A stretch of DNA of 64,000 nt from Bacteriovoracaceae bacterium (lineage in GTDB: Bacteria > Bdellovibrionota > Bacteriovoracia > Bacteriovoracales > Bacteriovoracaceae), in the NCBI GenBank assembly GCA_016786485.1, contig JAEUWD010000026.1:12964-76963 (forward strand), given 5' to 3'. Below the pieces are notes generated by a model. That model saw only the letters and a program-made list of their open reading frames with translations, was not told the origin of the DNA and did not search any database. The translations under genes and the position numbers were made by a program. How positions within the stretch are numbered: position 1 is the first letter of the stretch; each line of letters begins with the position of its first letter. This document shows, one piece after another, positions 45,154-54,784 of the stretch.

Positions 45154-45786
45154 ATGGCCAAAATTACGATGGGACGTGCACGTTTCAAAATCCAAAGACG
45201 TTTAGGTGTTGAACTTCCAGGTTTAGGTAAAGCTGGATCACTAGAAAGAAAGCCTTACGGTCCAGGTCAGCACGGGATGAAAAGAAAAAAACTTTCAGAT
45301 TACACGATTCGTTTAATGGAAAAGCAAAAGCTAATGTTCCACTACGGCCTACGTGAAACTCAATTATCAAATCAAGTTTCAAAAGCGAAGAAAGATAGAA
45401 CACGCGCATGGGTTGATACTCTAGTCATCAATCTAGAGTGTCGTATCGATAACGTTATTTTCCGTTTAAATTGGGCACCATCGATTCTAGCTGCTCGTCA
45501 GTTAGTAACTCATGGTCACGTTTTTATTAACGGTAAAAAAGTTGATGTTCCAAACGCAACTGTCTATGTTGGCGACGAAATCACTTTAACTGCAAAAGGC
45601 TTTAAGTCTGGAAACTACCTACAAGCTCAGACTCGTCCTCGTCTATCAGCTATCCCTGCTTACTTAACAAAAGAGAAGAAAGGTGAAGGCGAAGTAGCGA
45701 AGATGGTATCAGCTCCACTTGCTGAAGATGTACCATTTACATTTGAAAAGCAGTTAGTGACCGAGTTTTATTGGAAAGTTAAGTAA
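45154..45786 (+). CDS. rpsD: 30S ribosomal protein S4
   Basis: 210 aa with the 'RARFKIQRRLG' N-terminus and the S4 RNA-binding domain 'RIDNVIFRL...ARQLVTHGHVFINGKKV'. AGGAGA SD. Confidence 0.96.
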   Translation: MAKITMGRARFKIQRRLGVELPGLGKAGSLERKPYGPGQHGMKRKKLSDYTIRLMEKQKLMFHYGLRETQLSNQVSKAKKDRTRAWVDTLVINLECRIDNVIFRLNWAPSILAARQLVTHGHVFINGKKVDVPNATVYVGDEITLTAKGFKSGNYLQAQTRPRLSAIPAYLTKEKKGEGEVAKMVSAPLAEDVPFTFEKQLVTEFYWKVK

Positions 45787-45798
45787 TTCAGATATCTC

Positions 45799-45828
45799 AA
45801 AAGGGGAGCTTCGGCTCCCCTTTTTTTT
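45799..45828. terminator. Bidirectional rho-independent terminator
   Basis: AAAA-GGGGAGC-TTCG-GCTCCCC-TTTTTTTT lies between the convergent rpsD (+) and OMP gene (-). Perfect 7-bp GC-rich stem with a TTCG loop, flanked by A and T tracts. Confidence 0.88.
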
Positions 45829-45836
45829 GCCAAAAA

Positions 45837-46376
45837 CTAAAAATCAAAATATTTTCGAACTTTTTTAATTTCAACTTCGTAAGCATAACTGAGAGTCAAT
45901 GTGGCCGTACTGTGACGAAAGTCTGAAAATGCCATAGCATCGTAGCTATTATACTTCATGGTTTTAACTTCAAAATTAATGTAGAGATAATCGTAGATAC
46001 GGTGGCCGAGTCCAAATTTATAACCATTCGCACCTTTTAAGGTCCCTACTTCATCATCTTCGAAAACACCCGCGATAACCGCACCGGCCCAAGCGCGAGA
46101 ATCCAGCGAAAATTTCATCCCAAGCACCAAACCGAGTTCATTAGCAAAAGCACTTTCATTTATGACTTTTCTATCCAATTGAGAAAGATTGAAATCGATA
46201 AGGGCAAAAACACCTTTATTGGTATAACCAAAGCGACCACCATACGTGTAACCAGTAGTATCATATTTTTCGGCGTAACCACTTTTGCCGTAGAAATTGT
46301 ATCCAGCAAATGGCTCCATGATCAAACTGTGAGCATAAGTTTTAAAAGAGATAAATAAGAGTAAAAAAAACATCAT
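45837..46376 (-). CDS. Outer-membrane beta-barrel protein (porin-family-like), tandem paralogue
   Basis: Begins 'MMFFLLLFISFKTYA' at 46376 and ends with the OMP-type terminal Phe ('KYFDF'). The track's longer N-terminus (to 46409) would run through a terminator hairpin. Confidence 0.65.
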   Translation of the reverse strand: MMFFLLLFISFKTYAHSLIMEPFAGYNFYGKSGYAEKYDTTGYTYGGRFGYTNKGVFALIDFNLSQLDRKVINESAFANELGLVLGMKFSLDSRAWAGAVIAGVFEDDEVGTLKGANGYKFGLGHRIYDYLYINFEVKTMKYNSYDAMAFSDFRHSTATLTLSYAYEVEIKKVRKYFDF

Positions 46377-46403
46377 AAAAAAAAGGGCCTCATCAAGAGG
46401 CCC
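46377..46403 (-). terminator. Rho-independent terminator/attenuator between two tandem OMP genes
   Basis: Minus strand reads GGGCCTC-TTGAT-GAGGCCC followed by TTTTTTTT, immediately before the ATGATG start of the downstream OMP gene. Confidence 0.7.
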
Positions 46404-46419
46404 TTCCATATAAAACTTA

Positions 46420-46938
46420 TTAGAAAGTTAAAGGTAAACTAATTGAAAGCGTCGTCATTGAAATATCTTGATCAATAGCACTACCACCTTGCTCATCATA
46501 GTTATAATTTTTTTGTTCAAGATTGATACTGATAAGTGGGAATAGCTTTAAACCGATACCGAACTTCATGCCTGAAATTCCTTCAAAATCCGCAGAACCA
46601 TCAGTTGCTAACTTACCACCTACCGCATAACCAGCGAAAACACGAAGAAGTACAGGGAAATCATATCCAATGAAAGCTGCAATCTCAGTTGAGTCCCCAT
46701 CTACTTCTGGAGAAGCATCAGTTGTTAGAGCATTTTGCTGATAATCAACGCCTAACTGAAGACCCATCATCTGGTAACCTAAACGAGCACCCATACCAAA
46801 GGTTCCTGCTTTTAAATCATCACCACCATCAATTTCACCGGCCATATTCACGTTGATCATTGGCTCAAATAACAAAGCCGCTTGAGAAACACTTGTTAGC
46901 GAAACTACCATCGCTAGCGCTAATAAAAAATTTTTCAT
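46420..46938 (-). CDS. Outer-membrane beta-barrel protein (porin-family-like), tandem paralogue
   Basis: 'MKNFLLALAMVVSLTSVSQA' signal after SD AAGGAGAGG, with ATG at 46938. G-rich amphipathic strands and a terminal 'LPLTF'. Confidence 0.7.
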   Translation of the reverse strand: MKNFLLALAMVVSLTSVSQAALLFEPMINVNMAGEIDGGDDLKAGTFGMGARLGYQMMGLQLGVDYQQNALTTDASPEVDGDSTEIAAFIGYDFPVLLRVFAGYAVGGKLATDGSADFEGISGMKFGIGLKLFPLISINLEQKNYNYDEQGGSAIDQDISMTTLSISLPLTF

Positions 46939-47028
46939 TTTCCTCTCCTTGTAGAGTAAATTAAGACTCATTTACATTAATTGTAGATAAGAAAATACAG
47001 GAATCCAATACTTTAATATCAGACGTTT

Positions 47029-49041
47029 CTACTCTTTTATTTTAGGATTATGGTAAAGCATATACTTCGCCGTCTCGTAGAACGCGCGGCACAGCTCTTT
47101 CATTTCCAAATATTTTGACTGATTTTCCGCACTGACATCTACGTCTGCTGAGTTTTCTCCATCATAACGAAACAAACCTTGCTTCGACGGACCTTCATAA
47201 TAATAAAAATCCTTATCAATCAAACCGATTGAATGTGGCTCTTCGTTCCAGGAATAAGTAAAGGCGTAACGCTTTTTATCTAATTCCGGTGAGAAGAGAT
47301 CGCGACCGAGAGTTTTATTGATATGAGGGACACCAGACAGTTTGGCAAGTGTCGCAAACACATCCAGTTGGCTGGCCACAGTATCCATTTGTTTCGGCTT
47401 AAGTAGTGGGGAGTGGATAAGTAAAGGAACATGGTGAGTAATTAAACGTAAATCAACCATCGATTTTGGCACGTTGATCGACTTTGTCGCAATCAAACCG
47501 TGATCACCAAAAATAGCGAAAATAGTATTTTCATAATACTTTTCAGCTTTAGCTAATTCCATGAATTGTCCGAAAGCATAATCCTGAAAACGTAATGAAT
47601 TTAATTCTTCGTTCGACTTAAAGCTATAGTTCTCTAATTGTTCAGCAGAAAAAGTTAACTCCTGGAAATTGCCACGATTAGGTGGGATCGTATAAGGACG
47701 ATGATATCCAGCCGATTGAATTAACGCCACAAAAGGCTTATGAGGATTTTGGCGATTTTTTAAAACCTCATTCGCCTCAGTGAATAAATCTAAATCCGAG
47801 ATACCCCATACGTCATTTCGTTTACTCTTTAGGGTTCCTTCTTCGTAGATAGAAATATCCTCAACGTTATAAGAGAAAATACCGCGAATATTTCCCCAGT
47901 TGGCATTTCCACCTAAAAAATAAAATCTTTCATAATCAAATAGTTCATTCATCAGCGTATGTTGATCAACGATGAATGGATTGCGAGAACCTGAGTGTTG
48001 ATTCGAATCACTCACGTCAGGAATGCCCGTCATCGTGGCAAAAATTCCACGCGCAGTTGAAACGGTTGGTGTAAAAAATTTCGAAAAGAAAACTGATTCG
48101 CCCTTAAGTTTTTTTAAGTAAGGTGTTGGATCGAGCTTATTACCAAATATCGAACTCTTATTAGCGGCCATCGATTCTAAAACAATGATAACTAAATTTG
48201 GTCGATTTTCTGCCTTCGATGCTTGATTTTCTTTGCGAATAAAGCTCAATTTCTCTTTATTCATTTCACTCACGCCTAAGTACTTGGCCATGAGTTCATA
48301 ATTCATTTCAACTTGTTTTTTATCATAGGCCTTACCAGCAAATTTAGCGGTATCAATAATATTCATGACCGGATTAAGCGCGAACTGAGATAAGAATGGA
48401 TCTGGCGAAAAATAAGCTTCACTCCAACGTAGAGGGAAATAAGCTAGTTTTCCGTAAATGGCCCCGATCCAAAATAGGAGCAACAAAGAGGTCGAAGTGA
48501 TTTTTACTTTTTTACTATATTGATATTGCAACACTACTTCGCGCGCTAAAAGTAGCGACAGTAAACGATAGTGAAACCAAGCAAAGAGGCCTAAACCAAA
48601 AGTCATCCAAATCACTGGGTATGTCTGCCACGCCATATGTAAAGCAATCATCGGATTTTCCATAACTTCAGTCGAAGATGAATTCACGCGAGTAGCTACA
48701 TAACTAAAAAAACCGAAATCGACGCAATAGATAAGAAAAATTACGACGGTTAGGATGGTCGAGAAAATTTTGAAGAATTTTTTTACTTTATAATTTTTGG
48801 TCAGATCGAATTTTGGCCAAAGTGTGAGAATCAATAATGGGAAAGTAATCAAAGCCGCCAAACGCATATCAAATTTACAGCCAATATAAAAAGCTTGGAG
48901 CAGATCGGCTGTTCTGTTTTCAGGAATACTACTGCGGTAAGCGAATAAGAAAGCGATTCGAAATAAGACCAGATAAAATAGATTTAATAAAAAATAAAAA
49001 AAGTTCTGGCGAGCAGCCTGGGTAACAAAGGGCTTAAACAT
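47029..49041 (-). CDS. LtaS/MdoB-like sulfatase-family phosphoglycerol/phosphoethanolamine transferase
   Basis: 670 aa. About five N-terminal TM helices, then an alkaline-phosphatase-superfamily domain ('NLVIIVLESMAANKSS', 'IFGDHGL'). Confidence 0.8.
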   Translation of the reverse strand: MFKPFVTQAARQNFFYFLLNLFYLVLFRIAFLFAYRSSIPENRTADLLQAFYIGCKFDMRLAALITFPLLILTLWPKFDLTKNYKVKKFFKIFSTILTVVIFLIYCVDFGFFSYVATRVNSSSTEVMENPMIALHMAWQTYPVIWMTFGLGLFAWFHYRLLSLLLAREVVLQYQYSKKVKITSTSLLLLFWIGAIYGKLAYFPLRWSEAYFSPDPFLSQFALNPVMNIIDTAKFAGKAYDKKQVEMNYELMAKYLGVSEMNKEKLSFIRKENQASKAENRPNLVIIVLESMAANKSSIFGNKLDPTPYLKKLKGESVFFSKFFTPTVSTARGIFATMTGIPDVSDSNQHSGSRNPFIVDQHTLMNELFDYERFYFLGGNANWGNIRGIFSYNVEDISIYEEGTLKSKRNDVWGISDLDLFTEANEVLKNRQNPHKPFVALIQSAGYHRPYTIPPNRGNFQELTFSAEQLENYSFKSNEELNSLRFQDYAFGQFMELAKAEKYYENTIFAIFGDHGLIATKSINVPKSMVDLRLITHHVPLLIHSPLLKPKQMDTVASQLDVFATLAKLSGVPHINKTLGRDLFSPELDKKRYAFTYSWNEEPHSIGLIDKDFYYYEGPSKQGLFRYDGENSADVDVSAENQSKYLEMKELCRAFYETAKYMLYHNPKIKE

Positions 49042-49049
49042 GGGACCTC

Positions 49050-50090
49050 TTACATCTCAATTTCATTTGGTTGTAGATCCACCTGAGCTAATTTCTCAAA
49101 GCGGTCTGTAATCTTATTCGATGTTATATGGATATCATGAACATCTTTACTCAAATTATCAATATGTCCCGCTAATTTATCCCAACGATCTTTGTAACGA
49201 CGGAATTCTTGAGACAATTTATTGAGTTCATCATGGATAATAGATGAATACTTACTACGTTCGATCTCATTTAATACCACGTGCATGGTGGTTAGGACCG
49301 CCATTAAAGTCGTTGGCGACGTCGCCCAGACCTTCTTGCTTTGGGCATAATCGACAATATCAGAGTGGTACGCATACAATTCCGCAAAGAGCGCTTCAGC
49401 CGGTAAAAACATCATGGCCTGAGTGGAAGTTTCGTTAGGAATAATATATTTCGAAGCAATCGCGTCAATATGCGCTTTTAGGTTCTTTTTAAACTCTCGT
49501 CTCGCTTCTTGTTTTGCCGCATCTGAAAGCGTCTTATCATACATGCGATTGTAGTTTTCTAACGGAAATTTTGAGTCAATGGCTATGGTCCCAGTAGGTT
49601 CAGGTAAAAATAAAACGGCATCTGCGATGTGGCGATTAGAAAACTGATATTGCAGACGATAGATTTTATCGTTCTTATCTCCGAAAACCGCACTGAGAAC
49701 GGAATGCAGTTGCACTTCACCAAAAATTCCGCGACTTTTTTTATCGGTCAAAATGTCTTGAAGTGACATCATATCGGTTGAAAGATGATCGAGTTTTTTT
49801 TGGGCCTCATCGATTTTGGCCAAGCGTCCCACAACATCGGTGAAAGTCTTATGGGTGGTTCGCAAATTTTCATCTAAACTTTCCTTCACTTTCGTCGTCA
49901 TTTTTTCTAATTGGCGTTCCACTAGTTGGCAAAGCTTGTCAAAATCTCGATTGAGATCGTTTTTGAAAAGATCTCGAAACTGAAAAAACTCTTTGGTTAG
50001 TTTTTCGTTGAGTCCAAAAAACTTAAACAAAAGTAAAACATTGATTACCATCGAAGCAGCGAGAAATGTAATGATGATTGTCATTTCCAT
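49050..50090 (-). CDS. rmuC: DNA recombination protein RmuC
   Basis: 346 aa with an N-terminal TM and coiled coil, 'RGIFGEVQLHSVL', and a C-terminal nuclease-like region ('DAVLFLPE..IAIDSKFPLE', 'MFLPAEALF'). Recognised from memory of the RmuC family. Confidence 0.8.
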   Translation of the reverse strand: MEMTIIITFLAASMVINVLLLFKFFGLNEKLTKEFFQFRDLFKNDLNRDFDKLCQLVERQLEKMTTKVKESLDENLRTTHKTFTDVVGRLAKIDEAQKKLDHLSTDMMSLQDILTDKKSRGIFGEVQLHSVLSAVFGDKNDKIYRLQYQFSNRHIADAVLFLPEPTGTIAIDSKFPLENYNRMYDKTLSDAAKQEARREFKKNLKAHIDAIASKYIIPNETSTQAMMFLPAEALFAELYAYHSDIVDYAQSKKVWATSPTTLMAVLTTMHVVLNEIERSKYSSIIHDELNKLSQEFRRYKDRWDKLAGHIDNLSKDVHDIHITSNKITDRFEKLAQVDLQPNEIEM

Positions 50091-50263
50091 AAAACCCTTT
50101 TGTTTTTTTAATATGATAGCTGAATAAAAATGAAGTTGGAATTTCTATATCGAAGGAGAAAAATAGCCGAGCAGTTTTCTCGGATGCAGCTGCAATTCTT
50201 CTTTTCAACCCCATTAACTTTCATGGTAAACTTAATAAAATTTTAACTAACTTGGATGGTTGA

Positions 50264-52405
50264 ATGTCGCGACTCATTAAAATTGTTCTCACTGTAATCA
50301 CCTTCATCACTCTTAACACTCATAGTTTTGCTGAATTATCGCAAAAACACTTCCCGGTGGATGACTATCTCAGACCACGCGTTGATTTTTGGAAAAGAAT
50401 TTTTGGCGAAATCTATTCTTATGAAGGCTTACTCCACGATGAACAAGATTTAAAAATCGTTTATAAAAAAATTGAATTTCAAGATTTAAGTCGCAAACAA
50501 AAAATTCGTTTCGTCAAAGATGAAAAGCGCAGTCTCGAAAATATTCTTAATAGTATCGCGAAAAAGAAAAAAGAAAATTTAACGGAAGAAGAAAATACGC
50601 TGATCCAAAAAATTGGCGACCCAGGTTTGGATGAAATTAAAAGACTTGCTAAAGGCATTCGCTTCCACCAAGGGATGCGTGACCGTTACGTGCAAGGTCT
50701 CGAGCGCTCATACTTATATCAAGACAAAATTATCGAAATTTTCTCTGAACTCGGCTTACCTACGGAATTAGGTTATTTACCGCACGTGGAAAGTTCGTTT
50801 AACTATTTAGCCTACTCAAAAGTTGGTGCAGCTGGAATTTGGCAATTCATGCGCTCAACTGGGAAAATTTATAAACTAAAATTAGATTACATTATTGACG
50901 AAAGACGCGATCCGATTAAGGCGACCTACGCTGCTGCAAAACTTCTTCGTGATAATTATGCCAAATTGAATTCTTGGCCGCTCGCCCTTACCGCCTACAA
51001 TCACGGTGCACGCAGTATGGAAAATGCCGTTCGCAAAATTGGAACGACAGATATAAGTAAAATCATTCAAAACTATGATGGCCGCCGTTTTGGATTTGCT
51101 TCGAAAAACTTTTATCCATCATTCGTAGCAGCGGCGGAAATTGCGCAAGATCCTGACCGTTATTTTGGTAAAATCGAAAAAAGAAAAATGCCAAGTTATA
51201 GTGAAATGCCACTCGAGCGTTCACTTAGCGCTCGCCAAATTATGGGCGCCTTAAATATTGATCGTACAACGTTTGAGGAATTCAACCTTTCGATTCGTCC
51301 ACCGGCATTCAAAAGCGATCTTTATTTACCAAAAGGTTTTGTGATCAAAGTTCCGCAAGCAGATGAGGAAACTTTAGCGAAATACAAACTGGCCCTTTCA
51401 GGTGTAAAATCTCGCCCTTCTCAACTGGTAGCGAGCGGTGCTCACACTGTTTCTCAGGGTGAAAGTTTGTATCAAATCGCCCAAATTTATAAAACAAACG
51501 TGACCGACTTAATCGCCCTCAATAAACTTTCGAGCCCTTCGAAAATTTATCCAGGCCTTAATCTCGAAATTCCTGGTGCTAATTTTAAAGCGGCAGAAAT
51601 AAAAAAAGATATCGTTCCGGCAGAAATAAAAGTCAGTCCGGTTCAGCCATCACCAAAACTACTTGATGTAAAAGTGACTTTAAGTGATGAGAGTAAAAAA
51701 GCTCTCGATATTATGAAAGCCGATGCTCCGGTACCAGCGGTAGCAGAAATCAAAACAGCTGAAGTGGCCGAAGGCCCGAGTACTTGGCAGAAGATTAAAG
51801 GCTTTTTCGGTGATACCTTCACTAAAGCGCCTGATACCACTGAAGAGCAAGCTCAAGAAGGTCTTAACGAAACTGTGGCGCTTAATGAAACCGCTGAAAA
51901 GAAAATTAATAACGAAGATATTTTCAAAGACTACAATCTTGAAGTCGTAAAAATTAATGATAAAACTCATCAAGTGATAGTTGAGGCGGAAGAAACGCTA
52001 GGACACTACTCTGACTGGTTAGTGGTTCGCGCACAAGTTATTCGTTCATTAAATGGTATTCGTGGCAATAATATTCGCGTGGGACAAAAAATTAAACTTC
52101 CGATGACTGAGGAAGAAGCGATTAAATTTAATATTAAGCGTGTTGAGTATCATCTTTTAATCGAAGAAGATTTTTATAACAACTTCAAAGTCACTGGCAC
52201 TACTGAATATAAAGTTCGCCCAGGCGATACACTTTCGAGTATTTCTCAAAAATTTGAAGTACCCGTTTGGTTACTTCAAAAAACTTGGAAAAGCATGGAT
52301 TTAGGAATTAAAGATCTAAAAGTAGGAACTTTGATTTCATTACCGCAAGTCAGTGCTAAAAACGAAGCAGGCGGTGCTGGTGCACCAACGGCCACTGGAA
52401 GTTAG
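50264..52405 (+). CDS. MltD-like membrane-bound lytic murein transglycosylase with LysM domains
   Basis: SLT catalytic motifs 'LPHVESSFN', 'AAGIWQFM' and 'AYNHG'. LysM repeats 'HTVSQGESLYQIAQIYKTNVTDLIALNKL' and 'YKVRPGDTLSSISQKFEVPVWLL'. Signal peptide present. Confidence 0.88.
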   Translation: MSRLIKIVLTVITFITLNTHSFAELSQKHFPVDDYLRPRVDFWKRIFGEIYSYEGLLHDEQDLKIVYKKIEFQDLSRKQKIRFVKDEKRSLENILNSIAKKKKENLTEEENTLIQKIGDPGLDEIKRLAKGIRFHQGMRDRYVQGLERSYLYQDKIIEIFSELGLPTELGYLPHVESSFNYLAYSKVGAAGIWQFMRSTGKIYKLKLDYIIDERRDPIKATYAAAKLLRDNYAKLNSWPLALTAYNHGARSMENAVRKIGTTDISKIIQNYDGRRFGFASKNFYPSFVAAAEIAQDPDRYFGKIEKRKMPSYSEMPLERSLSARQIMGALNIDRTTFEEFNLSIRPPAFKSDLYLPKGFVIKVPQADEETLAKYKLALSGVKSRPSQLVASGAHTVSQGESLYQIAQIYKTNVTDLIALNKLSSPSKIYPGLNLEIPGANFKAAEIKKDIVPAEIKVSPVQPSPKLLDVKVTLSDESKKALDIMKADAPVPAVAEIKTAEVAEGPSTWQKIKGFFGDTFTKAPDTTEEQAQEGLNETVALNETAEKKINNEDIFKDYNLEVVKINDKTHQVIVEAEETLGHYSDWLVVRAQVIRSLNGIRGNNIRVGQKIKLPMTEEEAIKFNIKRVEYHLLIEEDFYNNFKVTGTTEYKVRPGDTLSSISQKFEVPVWLLQKTWKSMDLGIKDLKVGTLISLPQVSAKNEAGGAGAPTATGS

Positions 52406-52425
52406 AGGCAGTGGGGGCTTTTTTT
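52392..52425 (+). terminator. Possible intrinsic terminator overlapping the lytic transglycosylase stop
   Basis: CCACTG (52392-52397) pairs with CAGTGG (52409-52414), then GGGC and T7 (52419-52425). The stem is short and 4 nt from the T tract. Confidence 0.35.
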
Positions 52426-52427
52426 AT

Positions 52428-53309
52428 CTAACGATAAAGAATAATCTTCTCGCCATGTTTAGGCACAGTTACTTGTAATTCAGGATAAAGCTTTTTAGTC
52501 GTGCTCACAAACTCATCAGGATCAACTGAGAATAAAGCTCTAAAACCTTCGGCCAGTGGATAAGAGAAATCATCAAAATGGAGTGGAATAATCGTTTTCG
52601 GCTTGGCCGGTAGAGACAGTTCTTTTAACAAATCTTTGGTACTCTTTCTCGAAGCAATTCCCTGTAAAACCACATCCGCATGGCGCTCGTTAAAATGCAA
52701 TTTTTCCGAACGAGTCGACATAGGTAAGAAAAAAATATTTCCTTTGGCATGTTCAATATAAAAACCAAAAGCTCCACCCATAACATAAGCACTTGCCGGC
52801 GCTGGTTGCCTCAGCGGTTCCTTCAACTCACCCGGAAAAGCTTGGTAGCTTCCAATCAGTGGCGTGTGGTCACTCGGAAGTACCGTTACCTTAAATGCTC
52901 CAACCGTATAAACTTCTTCCGCTTGAATCACTTTTAATTTTTCCTCTGGCACGTCCCCACCTTTGCCAATGTAATAAGTGGTTTTCGTTCCATAAAGGGT
53001 TGCTCCCAAAGTCTTGGTAAAAGCTGCGGCATCAAAGGCGTGATCATAATGTGAATGAGAAATGAAAACGGCAGAAACATTTTTCATTTGAATTTTATCA
53101 ATCCACTCTTGCACAAGTTTTTGGTCACTACTTATCGGACGATAAAACATCACTTGAGTCAGAGATGGACGTGTGACCACCGGGTCAAATAACAAACCCG
53201 TTTTTCCGTCAGTAATATAGCTACCGGTCGTACCAAGCCAAGTGAAAGAAATTTCTTGAGCATATAGGGACTGGTGAAAGATCAGTCCCCAGAATAAAAA
53301 TTTTAGCAT
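52428..53309 (-). CDS. Secreted metallo-beta-lactamase-fold hydrolase
   Basis: 293 aa with a signal peptide and the MBL motif 'ISHSHYDHAFD'. The ATG overlaps the upstream gene's stop (TAATG). Confidence 0.8.
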   Translation of the reverse strand: MLKFLFWGLIFHQSLYAQEISFTWLGTTGSYITDGKTGLLFDPVVTRPSLTQVMFYRPISSDQKLVQEWIDKIQMKNVSAVFISHSHYDHAFDAAAFTKTLGATLYGTKTTYYIGKGGDVPEEKLKVIQAEEVYTVGAFKVTVLPSDHTPLIGSYQAFPGELKEPLRQPAPASAYVMGGAFGFYIEHAKGNIFFLPMSTRSEKLHFNERHADVVLQGIASRKSTKDLLKELSLPAKPKTIIPLHFDDFSYPLAEGFRALFSVDPDEFVSTTKKLYPELQVTVPKHGEKIILYR

Positions 53310-54220
53310 TATTTTAAGTATGAATAAATGGTTGAACGAATTTCCGCTTTTCCAACTTCTGAGTTGTAAGGCGTATTCATCGAAAAATATTTCTGATCTA
53401 AATCAAACAATTTTTCCCACAAAACTTTACCGTCAATTTTAGCATGGAATGCGAGATCAACTTTCTTTGCATAAAGCTCTTCCCACACTGCCCTAACGTC
53501 ACGCCAATAAGCTTCATGCTGCGGCCACCATTGTTTAGCAGCATTACATAATGATTTATCCACGCGAGTATAAGTATTTTTTCCCATTTCAAGTGCGATT
53601 AAAGTGTCTTTACCATCTTCAGCACGGCTGATTTTTTCGGCTTCACCTGAATGAATAAATCCGGCCATATTAATTTCATGACGATTATTACGACGTAAAA
53701 TATTGTAGTCACTACGAACTGAAAATTCACGACGAGGTAGCGGAGCATTTGATTTACATTCCCAGTATTCAAGATTATTCCATCTCACCCATGGAGCTGA
53801 ACACTCATAGCGCGGACTATCGTCCACTTGAAAAGTAGCTTGCGTCCAATGATCAGTTTGATCATAAATGCTGAAGCTAATATCTTGGTAGACCCATTTA
53901 TTGAAAGCTTCATAACTTAGAAGATCTTTATCCTCATGACGCCATTCTTGACGCCAGTGTTTTGTGATTGAATTATCGGGGTGAATCAAAAGATGTTGTA
54001 GACTGATACTTTTATCTGATTCAGCATCAACAAAAATCCACTCAAGACCGCCAGTTGAATAACGCTTATGAAATTCATAATCTTTTTTAGGAGAAAAAGT
54101 TTCTGCGTTTTGATAAACCACTTTGTAACAGCCACTCATACTTTTAATGGCCTCTTTATCCTGCTCAAGACTAGCGAAAGTCTGACAACTGAATAGAAAA
54201 ACAATCCACAAATACTTCAT
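53309..54220 (-). CDS. Secreted Trp-rich hypothetical protein
   Basis: 303 aa with signal 'MKYLWIVFLFSCQTFA'. Trp-rich segments 'KHWRQEWRHED', 'APWVRWNNLEYWEC' and 'KQWWPQHEAYWRDVRAVWEEL'. No named domain recalled with confidence. Confidence 0.7.
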   Translation of the reverse strand: MKYLWIVFLFSCQTFASLEQDKEAIKSMSGCYKVVYQNAETFSPKKDYEFHKRYSTGGLEWIFVDAESDKSISLQHLLIHPDNSITKHWRQEWRHEDKDLLSYEAFNKWVYQDISFSIYDQTDHWTQATFQVDDSPRYECSAPWVRWNNLEYWECKSNAPLPRREFSVRSDYNILRRNNRHEINMAGFIHSGEAEKISRAEDGKDTLIALEMGKNTYTRVDKSLCNAAKQWWPQHEAYWRDVRAVWEELYAKKVDLAFHAKIDGKVLWEKLFDLDQKYFSMNTPYNSEVGKAEIRSTIYSYLK

Positions 54221-54277
54221 AAAACCTCTCTCTTGATAATATTAGTGTTTGGCATATGAAACCGCATGTTCTAGTAA

Positions 54278-54784
54278 ATGACAAGTGCTCTGCTTTCGAT
54301 TTATGATGTGAAGATGGAAAATAAAAAAGAACTAGCGCAGCAATTACATCATCAAGTTGTCCAAACCCTCGGTACAAAAGAAGGTTTACACAAGTACATT
54401 ACGCAAACTTTAAAAAGTTTTGCTTACCGCTATTTACCTCATGAAACTGAGGTACAAGCACCCATGCCAGATTTGCTTTTATGCCAAGCTTTTGAAGCCG
54501 ATGCGAGCAAAGCAGCTCAATGTCAGGACTCGAAGGCCGCCGCCGCTATAAAACAACTTAAGCCACCATCTGTCATGTCTCTGATCATGGTGAATACCAA
54601 AGAGTTTAAGGGTGATAAAAAAGGTTCAATTGAAATCGTGAGCGTTATCCACTGGGGAGCGCCAGACTTTCAACCCAACTCACCCAAGCAAAAAGTCAAG
54701 AAAGTCATTTTCAATTTCAATGATGTGATGGAATTTCGAAATGATTTTGCTAACTATCTTGAACAGGTCTGCGAAATTTTTTAA
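54278..54784 (+). CDS. Hypothetical protein
   Basis: 168-aa ORF (alternative ATG at 54314) with no signal peptide and no recognisable motif. Its 3' end overlaps convergent pyrC by 4 nt. Confidence 0.5.
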   Translation: MTSALLSIYDVKMENKKELAQQLHHQVVQTLGTKEGLHKYITQTLKSFAYRYLPHETEVQAPMPDLLLCQAFEADASKAAQCQDSKAAAAIKQLKPPSVMSLIMVNTKEFKGDKKGSIEIVSVIHWGAPDFQPNSPKQKVKKVIFNFNDVMEFRNDFANYLEQVCEIF

